Below are positions 1-7,311 of a stretch of DNA of 20,978 bases, piece after piece. This DNA comes from an uncultured Clostridia bacterium. Lineage in GTDB: Bacteria > Bacillota > Clostridia > TANB77 > UBA1234. Location: positions 1 through 20,978 of the forward strand of contig CANQLS010000004.1 in the NCBI GenBank assembly GCA_947624765.1. The letters are read 5' to 3'. Positions within the stretch are counted from its first letter, which is position 1; every line of letters begins with the position of its first letter. Below the pieces are notes generated by a model. That model had not been told where the DNA came from and ran no database searches. It saw only the letters and a program-made list of their open reading frames with translations. The translations under genes were made by a program, and so were the position numbers.

Positions 1-122
1 ATAGATACAGCAAATGCCTATGTAAATGAAAAAGGTGTAGGTAGAGGAATAAAAAAATCAGGAGTTGCAAGAGAAGATAAACCAGCAGTTTTACAAGTGG
101 AAGCACATCCTTATTATCAGCA
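1..122 (+). pseudogene. Aldo/keto reductase remnant (N-terminal piece joined to an internal piece)
   Basis: Frame 1 reads IDTANAYVNEKGVGRGIKKSGVARED then directly KPAVLQVEAHPYYQQ; both are AKR-family motifs normally separated by about 90-100 aa. The frame then enters unrelated sequence and stops at 160. Confidence 0.75.
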
Positions 123-124
123 AG

Positions 125-386
125 GAGAGCAGGAACAACAGCAACATTTGACCAATTAAATAAATATTTTGCAATGAATCAAATGCCAATTATATCATCA
201 AGGTATTGGAATATGGTTCATGACGGAACGCCAGAAGAAGTAAGAAAAGATGAAGAAGGAATGCAAATTATGAGAATACTAGGAAAGAATATGGCGTATT
301 TCCTAAAGTGTCAAGAAGCTGCCAAAAAAGCAGGAATAACTATGCCACCAGTAGAGAAGATAACTTTTACGAATTTTATTAGATAA
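125..386 (+). pseudogene. C-terminal fragment of flavodoxin-family NAD(P)H-dependent FMN reductase
   Basis: Frame reads RAGTTATFDQLNKYFAMNQMPIISSRYWNMVHDGTPEEVRKDEEGMQIMRILGKNMAYFLKCQEAAKKAGITMP...FTNFIR, typical of the C-terminal half of such reductases; no N-terminal half is present. Confidence 0.75.
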
Positions 387-454
387 ATAGCAAATTATTG
401 CTTGGAATTTATAAATAAATTTTAAAAATTCATAGATTTTCATAGAAAAAATGG

Positions 455-460
455 TATAAT
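455..460 (+). promoter_or_regulatory. Putative -10 element (TATAAT) for the toxin-antitoxin operon, with duplicated TTCATAG upstream
   Basis: TGGTATAAT at 452-460; TTCATAG repeated at 429-435 and 439-445; no good -35. Confidence 0.4.
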
Positions 461-492
461 ATTAGTGTAAATCTATTTTGGAGGTAAAGAAT

Positions 493-735
493 ATGTCTAT
501 AGAAAAACAAAAATTGTATAATGAAATAGAAACATTACCAGAAGAACTTACAAATCAAGTTATTAATTTTGTTGAATATTTAAAATTATCATATATAGAT
601 AAAGAAGCACCAGATAGTGTTACTATAAAAAGTAAGAAAGATTTAAAAGAAAAATTACAAAAAGGACTTGATGATATAAAAGAAAATAGACTATACTCTC
701 TAGATGATGTTTTCAGTAAAATAGAGAATATATAA
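493..735 (+). CDS. Antitoxin-like protein (DUF2281-like) of a type II TA module
   Basis: LPEELTNQVINFVEYLKLSY N-terminus and a basic C-terminal half; SD GGAGG at 480-484; directly upstream of a RelE/ParE-like ORF. Confidence 0.7.
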   Translation: MSIEKQKLYNEIETLPEELTNQVINFVEYLKLSYIDKEAPDSVTIKSKKDLKEKLQKGLDDIKENRLYSLDDVFSKIENI

Positions 736-750
736 AGGGGAGTATTGGCT

Positions 751-1074
751 ATGAAAAGATATATAGTAGAAATGTCAGATACTGCTGAACAAGACTTGGA
801 AAATATTATTTCATATCTAAAATATGATTTGGCAGGAGATATTATAGCAGATAAGTATAAAATTTTATTTAAGCAAGAATTAAAGAAACTAGAAGATGTT
901 GCTGGAATAATGCCTATTTTAGAAGAAGAATTAACAGGACATAAAAACATTAGAAAAATTAATGTGAGAAATTATATAATTTTTTATATTATTGATGAGG
1001 CTGTTGGTAAAGCTTTGGTAGTGAGAATAGGACATTGTTTTATGGATTGGGAAAAATATTTAAAAGATGAATAA
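751..1074 (+). CDS. RelE/ParE superfamily toxin
   Basis: Pattern MKRYIVEMSDTAEQDLENIISYL...AGIMPILEEELTGHKNIRKINVRNYIIFYIIDEAVGKALVVRIGHCFMDWEKYL typical of ParE/RelE toxins; SD GGGGAG just upstream; 15 nt gap to the antitoxin. Confidence 0.8.
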   Translation: MKRYIVEMSDTAEQDLENIISYLKYDLAGDIIADKYKILFKQELKKLEDVAGIMPILEEELTGHKNIRKINVRNYIIFYIIDEAVGKALVVRIGHCFMDWEKYLKDE

Positions 1075-1235
1075 ATTTAGTTTAACATATCATTTTAATG
1101 TGGATATAATAGAAATATTATATCTATTTTTATATCCAGAGTGATAACACAATTCGTATAAACAAATGGTTGTATTTACAATTACTTGTTTTTTTTATAT
1201 AATCGAACTATAAAAATAATAATTTATAAAGGAAA

Positions 1236-1658
1236 ATGATTATTATGAGATATGAAAAAAATATTTTAACTAGTGAAATTTATTGCGAATTAAGAAAAAG
1301 TGTAGAATGGTTTGAATTGCCAAAAATTAAAATAGATGAGGCTATAAAAAATAGTATATATACTATAACTGTATTTGACGGAGATAATCCTGTAGGTATG
1401 GGAAGATTAATTGGAGATGGCATTTATTTTGTTATTGTAGATGTTGTTGTGAATCCAGAATATCAAAGAAAAGGTATTGGCACTCAAATAGTAAATATGT
1501 TTATTGACTACGTGGATAAAGAAACAATAACAGGTAGTCGTTCGAGTATTCAATTAATAGCCGAAAAAGGAAAAGAAGGTTTTTATGAGAAACTTGGATT
1601 TAAAAAGATACCAAACGAATTTTGTGGCAGTGGTATGAGAAAAGGTATTCGTAAATAG
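1236..1658 (+). CDS. GNAT family N-acetyltransferase
   Basis: Acetyl-CoA binding motif VVNPEYQRKGIGTQIV, C-terminal GFYEKLGFKKIP. Confidence 0.85.
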   Translation: MIIMRYEKNILTSEIYCELRKSVEWFELPKIKIDEAIKNSIYTITVFDGDNPVGMGRLIGDGIYFVIVDVVVNPEYQRKGIGTQIVNMFIDYVDKETITGSRSSIQLIAEKGKEGFYEKLGFKKIPNEFCGSGMRKGIRK

Positions 1659-1736
1659 CCCATACAATCTTGAAAGAAATATATAAACAAATACATTTCA
1701 TATACATTTGAAGCGCAATATGTATGTAAAATGTAA
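1644..1736. repeat. Dispersed repeat copy A
   Basis: GGTATTCGTAAATAGCCCATACAATCT...GAAAGAAATATATAAACAAATAC...TTTCATATACATTTGAAGCGCAATATGTATG aligns with 6737-6840. Confidence 0.8.
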
Positions 1737-1771
1737 AGGCAATAATATGAATAAGCGTAACATAAATGTTG

Positions 1772-1805
1772 AAAATAGCTATGTGTAAACATAAGCTATT
1801 TTTTT
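1772..1805 (+). terminator. Rho-independent terminator
   Basis: AAAATAGCTATGT-GTAA-ACATAAGCTATTTTTTT: 9 bp + 4 bp stem with a one-base bulge and T-run. Confidence 0.8.
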
Positions 1806-1836
1806 GAAAAAAAGGTATAATTTTTTTAAAATAATA

Positions 1837-1865
1837 TTGACACTGTGTCAGGATTAGTATATTAT
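1837..1865 (+). promoter_or_regulatory. Sigma-A promoter of the CMD/TetR operon
   Basis: TTGACA (1837-1842), 17 bp, TATTAT (1860-1865). Confidence 0.8.
1838..1850. promoter_or_regulatory. Operator palindrome 1 (TetR-type)
   Basis: TGACAC-T-GTGTCA, perfect inverted repeat overlapping the -35. Confidence 0.75.
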
Positions 1866-1869
1866 GATA

Positions 1870-1884
1870 CTGACAAGGTGTCAG
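1870..1884. promoter_or_regulatory. Operator palindrome 2 (TetR-type)
   Basis: CTGACAAGGTGTCAG, near-perfect inverted repeat matching operator 1; centre-to-centre distance 33 bp. Confidence 0.75.
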
Positions 1885-1895
1885 AGGGAGGAGAA

Positions 1896-2633
1896 ATGAT
1901 AATGAATCGTTTTGAAGAAAGCAAAGAAGTATTTAACAAATTATTTGGAGAATTATCAGATGCGGAAAAGGAAATAGATCATGAACTTATGGAAATTTTG
2001 AGGAGGTTTATATTTGGAGATGTTTTCCATAGTAGTGATGAACTAGATTTGAAAGAGAGAGAATTAATTACTGTAACAATTTTAGCAGTATTACAAACAC
2101 TTCCACAATTGTCTGCACATATCAATGCAGCATTAAATGTAGGAGCAACTCCTATAGAAGTAAGAGAAACTATTTATCAGTTAGCACCTTTTATAGGTTT
2201 TCCAAGAACATTAAATGCAGTAAGCACAATGAACGAAGTTTTTAAATCAAGAGAAATTAAATTACCATTAGAAAACATGGGAACAGTAACAGATGAAACA
2301 AGGTTTGAAGAAGGTTTTAAAATTCAAAATCCAATATATGGAGATGAAATAAAGGGAAAATATCTGGATGTACCTGAAATTCCTAAATATTTAACAGAAT
2401 TTGGCTTTGGAGATTTTTATACAAGAAAAGGTTTAGACATAAAAACAAGAGAATTACTTGTATTAGTTGGTTTAACAACAATAAGGTCTGATACTCAAAT
2501 AAAAGCTCATGTGCTTGGAAATATAAAGGTAGGAAATTCAAAGGAGAAATTGCTAGCTGCTATGTTACAATGTTTACCTTATATAGGGTTCCCAAACACA
2601 ATGAATACAATTAATATTATAAAAAGCATTTAA
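1896..2633 (+). CDS. Carboxymuconolactone decarboxylase family protein (AhpD-like fold, duplicated domain)
   Basis: LDLKERELITVTILAVLQTLPQLSAHINAALNVGATPIEVRETIYQLAPFIGFPRTLNA and a second copy IKTRELLVLVGLTTI...QIKAHVLGNIKVGNSKEKLLAAMLQCLPYIGFPNTMN. Start at 1896 or 1902 after SD GGGAGGAG; the 1845 GTG lies inside the operator. Confidence 0.85.
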   Translation: MIMNRFEESKEVFNKLFGELSDAEKEIDHELMEILRRFIFGDVFHSSDELDLKERELITVTILAVLQTLPQLSAHINAALNVGATPIEVRETIYQLAPFIGFPRTLNAVSTMNEVFKSREIKLPLENMGTVTDETRFEEGFKIQNPIYGDEIKGKYLDVPEIPKYLTEFGFGDFYTRKGLDIKTRELLVLVGLTTIRSDTQIKAHVLGNIKVGNSKEKLLAAMLQCLPYIGFPNTMNTINIIKSI

Positions 2634-2654
2634 AAGAGAGAAGGATGATAAAAA

Positions 2655-3263
2655 ATGGAAATAAAATCAGCAGATGAAAGAAGAGAAGAAATTATAAATG
2701 CTTGTGAAGAATTATATCAGTCTAAAAGTTTTAAGGAAATAACTTTAAAAGATATAAGCGAAAAGACTACATTTTCAAGACCTTCTATATATAATTACTT
2801 TCAGACAAAAGAAGAAATATTTTTAGCGATTTTGAAAAGAGAGTATGAAAAATGGATAAAAGATTTAGCAAATATATATTTAAAAAACGATAAACTAAAA
2901 AAAGATGAATTTGCAACTAAAATTGCAAAAACAATTGAAAAGAGAGAACAGTTATTAAAACTTTTGTCAATGAATTTATATGATATGGAAGCAAATAGTC
3001 GTATGGAACAATTAATAGAGTTTAAGAAAAGTTATGGAGAATCACTAAAAGCAGTTAGAAAGTGTCTAGATAAATTTTTTAAGAATATGAGTGAAGAAGA
3101 AAAAGATAAATTTGTTTTTTCATTTTTTCCATTGATGTACGGAATTTATCCATATACTCGTGCTACTGAGAAACAAAAAGAAGCTATGAAAAAAGCAGAA
3201 GTTCCATTTAAGTTCTTTTCAATATATAAAATGGTGTATGAAAGTATAATGAAGTTGTTGTAA
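2655..3263 (+). CDS. TetR/AcrR family transcriptional regulator
   Basis: N-terminal HTH: ADERREEIINACEELYQSKSFKEITLKDISEKTTFSRPSIYNYFQTKEEIFLAIL. Confidence 0.9.
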   Translation: MEIKSADERREEIINACEELYQSKSFKEITLKDISEKTTFSRPSIYNYFQTKEEIFLAILKREYEKWIKDLANIYLKNDKLKKDEFATKIAKTIEKREQLLKLLSMNLYDMEANSRMEQLIEFKKSYGESLKAVRKCLDKFFKNMSEEEKDKFVFSFFPLMYGIYPYTRATEKQKEAMKKAEVPFKFFSIYKMVYESIMKLL

Positions 3264-3311
3264 AAAAGTTTTAAAATGATAAAAATATTTAAAGAAAGAA
3301 GGAAAAGTAAT

Positions 3312-3992
3312 ATGAATAAAAAAGTATTGGTTTTGGTAATTGCAATTGTTTTAACTACATTAGGTGTTGGAGTTTTTATAGCAAGTTCTAGTGGACCTAA
3401 TAATACAAATAATGATAATTTAAATGAAAATATAAATGAATCTAACAATTTAGAAGAAAATAATAATGTACCAAATTTAGATGAAAATTCTAATAGTGGT
3501 AATAATCTAGGTAATATAGAAAATAATTCGAATAATGATGATAATTCAAGTGATGCGGAAGATAATGAAGAAACATCTAATAGCGATAATATTGCAATTG
3601 TTTATTTTTCTGCAACAGGGACGACAAGAAGAGTTGCAGAATATATAAAAGATGCTACTGGTGGAGATTTGATTGAAATTGAGCCAAAAGAAAAGTATAC
3701 AGATGATGATTTAAATTATAATAATACTAATAGTAGATCTACGAGAGAACAAAATGACTCTTCTGTAAGACCAGAAATTGCAAATACAATTGATACAAGT
3801 TCTTTTGATGTAATTTATTTGGGTTATCCAATTTGGTGGGGAGATGCACCAAGAATAATTTTAACATTTTTAGATACTTATGATTTAAGTGGAAAAACAG
3901 TTATTCCATTCTGCACATCAGGAGGTTCTGGAATAGGTTCAAGTGTTAGCTATTTTAGTTCCTTATGGAGTAGGAATGATTCCATTAAATAA
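3312..3992 (+). pseudogene. Exported/membrane-anchored flavodoxin-like protein, C-terminus replaced (chimeric with downstream amidohydrolase remnant)
   Basis: Signal/TM MNKKVLVLVIAIVLTTLGVGVFIASSS, Asn-rich linker, then IAIVYFSATGTTRRVAEYIKDATGGDLIEIEP...VIYLGYPIWWGDAPRIILTFLDTYDLSGKTVIPFCTSGGSGIGSS. The normal C-terminal end is missing after about 3940. Confidence 0.75.
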
Positions 3993-4590
3993 TATTGAAG
4001 AAGCATTAAAGATTATGAACGAAATAAAGGAAAATGAATATTTAGTAGGAATACAATTATTCACAAGACATTTAGGAAAATCTGTTGCAGATAATGAGTT
4101 TAGAAGTATTTTTGAAAAAGCATCAGAATTAGATATGCCAATATGGATACATCCTGTTTTTGATGAAAGAAAACCAGATAATAATATGGTATTTAGCTGG
4201 GAATATGAATTATCACAAGCAATGATGCAAATAGTACAGGCAAATATTTTTAAAGATTTTCCTAATATAAAAATAATTGTGCATCATGCAGGAGCAATGA
4301 TACCATTTTTTGCGGGTAGAATAGATAATATATTACCAAAAGAACAAGCAGAAGATTTTAAAAAATTCTACGTGGATACAGCCATACTTGGAAATACGAA
4401 AGCACTAGAACTTGCATTGTCTTATTTTGGAGAAGATAAGGTTTTATATGGTACAGATGCACCACTTGGAATTATGCCTGCAGGAGCAACAAAAGAAATA
4501 GAGGATGCAATAAATGAACTTCCAGTAAATGAAGATATAAAAGAAAAAATCTATAATAAAAATATTATGAAGTTAATAAATCAAAATTAA
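3943..4590 (+). pseudogene. Amidohydrolase family protein, N-terminally truncated
   Basis: IPLNNIEEALKIMNEI..VGIQLFTRHLGKSVADNEFRSIFEKASELDMPIWIHPVFDE...FPNIKIIVHHAGAMIPFFAGRI...FYVDTAILGN...VLYGTDAPLG is an ACMSD-like metal-dependent hydrolase core; the N-terminal metal-binding HxH segment is absent. Confidence 0.8.
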
Positions 4591-4681
4591 ATATAATGGG
4601 TAAATAGTTTAAATTTAAAATAATAAATATATAATGAATTCAGAATAAAAAGTAATTTATTATAAGGGGGGAGATTTTATA

Positions 4682-5176
4682 TTTTTAATACTTTTATATA
4701 TTTTTATTTTTTATAAAAAATGGAAAGAAAAAGGAAAAGATAAATTGCTTGTTAATACCATTATGTATATATATTTATCTTTTGTATTATATTTTACTTT
4801 GATGCCAATTATAACATCTTTACTGTTTATATTTGATCATCCATATGATTCAATGAATTTAGTACCATTTGTTGATGTAATAAATGGTAGAGGAGATTTT
4901 GTTAGACAAGTATTATTAAATGTAATAATGACGATTCCATTTGGTTTTTTATTTCCTCTTACAAATAATAAAAATCCCAATTTTCTAAAAACAATAATTT
5001 ATACGATTTTATTAAGTTTAAGTATTGAATTGTTACAACCTTTAATAAACGGTTGTAGATCATCTGATATAACTGATATAATAACTAATGTTATAGGTGG
5101 AATAATTGGATATATAGGATATTTAATTTTCAAACCCTTGACTACAAAAATACTAAACTATATAAAAAATAAGTAA
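4682..5176 (+). CDS. VanZ-like family protein; start codon uncertain
   Basis: YLSFVLYFTLMPI...DSMNLVPFVDVINGRGDFVRQVLLNVIMTIPFGFLFPL...SIELLQPLINGCRSSDITDIITNVIGGIIGY is the VanZ pattern. Frame is open upstream of TTG 4745 (IFLILLYIFIFYKKWKEKGKDK) to a strong SD at 4666-4672 without ATG/GTG/TTG there. Confidence 0.75.
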   Translation, partial: FLILLYIFIFYKKWKEKGKDKLLVNTIMYIYLSFVLYFTLMPIITSLLFIFDHPYDSMNLVPFVDVINGRGDFVRQVLLNVIMTIPFGFLFPLTNNKNPNFLKTIIYTILLSLSIELLQPLINGCRSSDITDIITNVIGGIIGYIGYLIFKPLTTKILNYIKNK

Positions 5177-5219
5177 TACAAATTATAAGAGCACCGGAAA
5201 AACGAGAAATTTCTTATTG

Positions 5220-5249
5220 TTGACAGTATACAACCTTAAGATATATAAT
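5220..5249 (+). promoter_or_regulatory. Sigma-A promoter upstream of the DUF3841-like gene
   Basis: TTGACA (5220-5225), 18 bp spacer, TATAAT (5244-5249). Confidence 0.65.
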
Positions 5250-5330
5250 TTTAAAATGAGATGATAAGAAAAATGATTTGCCAAAGAAATAACAATTAGT
5301 TTGTTATCATTAGGTTATATGAATAGTAGT

Positions 5331-5356
5331 ATTTTATATAAAGGTTTATATAAAAT
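5331..5356. repeat. Perfect 12-bp inverted repeat directly upstream of an RBS
   Basis: ATTTTATATAAA-GG-TTTATATAAAAT. Confidence 0.7.
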
Positions 5357-5371
5357 GTTAGGAGAATAATA

Positions 5372-6051
5372 ATGAGATTAATAATATTTCAATCATTTGA
5401 AGCATTAAAAAGCTTAATAGATAATGGATATCTAATTTGTGATGATAAGTACATAGATAAAAAGAAATTTGAATTCATTTATGAATGGATTATAGAAAAA
5501 ATGAGTAAGCAAGTTGTTAACAATATAAATGCAAAATATCCAATTTGGTGCTGGGTTAAGTGTTATAATGGAATCTGCCCACCAAAAAGAAAAAAAGCAG
5601 AAAAAGTAAGTGGATTTGATGTGAAATAACTTTTAACAAAAACAATAAAGAGGTATTTATAACAGATTTTAGAAGATATTCATTTTTGCTTAATAATGTT
5701 TATATTCCGAAATCAATAGAAGATAAAAATAAATTTAATAATGAATTGTTAAAAAAGAATATAACATTGGAAGAATTAAAAGCATATGTTAGACAAGACA
5801 AATATGAAAGTTATAGGCAAGATAAAGAATTTTTAGATATATGTGAAAAAATTAGAAAAAGTTTTGATAGATGTATAACGGAAGATAGTGATATACTTCA
5901 AGGCTGTGTGTGGGATATAAAATTGGAAGATATTGAAAAAATAGAGTTTCTAAATTCAAATGATGATTATTCATATGGAACTTTAAATTATATTAGAGCA
6001 AACAACAAAAGAATAAATTGGATTGAAGACTTTTATAAATTACTAAAATAG
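5372..6051 (+). pseudogene. DUF3841-like protein, disrupted by a single frameshift near 5624-5628
   Basis: Frame a ends ...KAEKVSGFDVK*; the other frame continues ITFNKNNKEVFITDFRRYSFLLNNVYIPKSIEDKNKF...INWIEDFYKLLK. Adding one A to the GAAATAAC run gives a continuous ORF of about 226 aa. Confidence 0.7.
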
Positions 6052-6151
6052 ATTAAAAGTTTTAACTAGAGCTACAAATAATAGAAAAAAGCAGTAGAAG
6101 CGCCTGGCAAAAGTACTTCAAATGAATGGTGTGAGTATAAAAGGAGAGTAT

Positions 6152-6622
6152 ATGGAAATTATAAAGTTAGAAGATAGTAATAATTATATTTTTGAAAAAA
6201 TATGTGAATGGAATTATAACTGGTGGGGAATAAGGAATAATGTTAGTTTTGAGGCAGTAAAATGTAATTTAGAACATTCCTTATGCAAAGAAAAATTACC
6301 TCAAACATTTGTAGCTTTAATTGATGGAGAGCCAGCAGGTATGTATCAGCTAGCAATGTCTGATGATTTAGATAGTAGACCAGATATTTATCCTTGGCTC
6401 ATTAATGTATATGTTGATGAACAATATAGAGGAAGAAATGTTTGCAGAAATTTGATGAACACAGTAAATGAAAATGCCAAAAAAGCAAATTTAACAGAAT
6501 TGTTTTTATATACAAAGCATATAGGATTATATGAAAAATTTGGTTGGAAGTTTATGGAAGAAGTAAAAACTTTTAAAGAAGATTCTCCAATAGAAAGATT
6601 ATATAGATTAGAAATAAAGTGA
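6152..6622 (+). CDS. GNAT family N-acetyltransferase
   Basis: TFVALIDGEPAGMYQLAM...PWLINVYVDEQYRGRNVCRNLMNTV...LYEKFGWKFMEEV; SD AAGGAGAG before ATG 6152. Confidence 0.85.
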   Translation: MEIIKLEDSNNYIFEKICEWNYNWWGIRNNVSFEAVKCNLEHSLCKEKLPQTFVALIDGEPAGMYQLAMSDDLDSRPDIYPWLINVYVDEQYRGRNVCRNLMNTVNENAKKANLTELFLYTKHIGLYEKFGWKFMEEVKTFKEDSPIERLYRLEIK

Positions 6623-6643
6623 TTTTAAATTGCAATTTTTCCA

Positions 6644-6681
6644 ATAAAGGCGAGTAATTATTGAAAATTACTCGTCTTTAT
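6644..6681. terminator. Long hairpin, probable terminator (16-bp stem)
   Basis: ATAAAGGCGAGTAATT-ATTGAA-AATTACTCGTCTTTAT; one G-U pair, no long T-run after the stem. Confidence 0.6.
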
Positions 6682-6736
6682 GTTAGCATTTATTTAATAA
6701 AACACAATTTGTAGAAGAATTAAATGGATTTCCAAG

Positions 6737-6840
6737 GGCATTCGTAAATAGCTTATACAACTCATAATTTATGAGAGAAAGATATAAGCAAATATTGACG
6801 TTTCATATGCATTTAAAGCGCAATATTTATATGAATGTAG
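6737..6840. repeat. Dispersed repeat copy B
   Basis: GGCATTCGTAAATAGCTTATACAA...GAGAGAAAGATATAAGCAAATATTGACGTTTCATATGCATTTAAAGCGCAATATTTATATG aligns with 1644-1736. Confidence 0.8.
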
Positions 6841-6859
6841 ATTTTAAGGAGGAAATATA

Positions 6860-7189
6860 ATGGAAAGAATTTATAACAAACTAGTTAGAGATAATATACC
6901 AAATATTATTATTTCAAATGGTGAAACACCAATTACTAAAATTTTAGATGACGATACATATAAAGTAGAATTAGAAAAGAAACTAAATGAAGAATACAAT
7001 GAGGTATTAAATGCTGCTGGAGAAGATAGAATAGAGGAATTAGCTGATATGCTTGAAATTATAAAAGCATTAGCTAAATTAGAAAATAAATCATTACAGG
7101 ATGTTATTGATTGCTCAAATGAAAAGGCTAAAAAAAGAGGAGCATTTGACAAAAAAATTTTTTTGGAAAAAGTAATTGAAAAGAATTAA
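6860..7189 (+). CDS. MazG-like / phosphoribosyl-ATP pyrophosphohydrolase-like protein
   Basis: YNKLVRDNIPNII, EEYNEVLNAAGEDRIEELADMLEIIKALA (EExxE...ExxD-type motif); SD AAGGAGG. Confidence 0.85.
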   Translation: MERIYNKLVRDNIPNIIISNGETPITKILDDDTYKVELEKKLNEEYNEVLNAAGEDRIEELADMLEIIKALAKLENKSLQDVIDCSNEKAKKRGAFDKKIFLEKVIEKN

Positions 7190-7199
7190 TATACTTAAA

Positions 7200-7228
7200 T
7201 TGACTGATTTGTAATATTACTATATAAT
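7200..7228 (+). promoter_or_regulatory. Sigma-A promoter of the flavoprotein gene
   Basis: TTGACT (7200-7205), 17 bp, TATAAT (7223-7228). Confidence 0.8.
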
Positions 7229-7311
7229 AAACTCTGAAATGCTAACAAAGTCGTTTAAAGAAATATAATGCGAATCAATAATAAAATATTTTATAGAAAG
7301 GAAGAATTAGC

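Noticed and set aside
1-386. A functional novel fusion oxidoreductase
   Set aside because: The AKR and flavodoxin parts are in different frames and the AKR frame stops at about 160, so no fusion protein can be made.
555-950. Minus-strand ORF of 131 aa
   Set aside because: Antisense to the clear toxin-antitoxin genes; Ser/Ile/Phe-rich composition is typical of the reverse complement of AT-rich coding sequence.
1845-1895. Extended N-terminus of the CMD protein from the GTG at 1845
   Set aside because: This region contains the promoter and operators; a strong SD precedes ATG 1896/1902.
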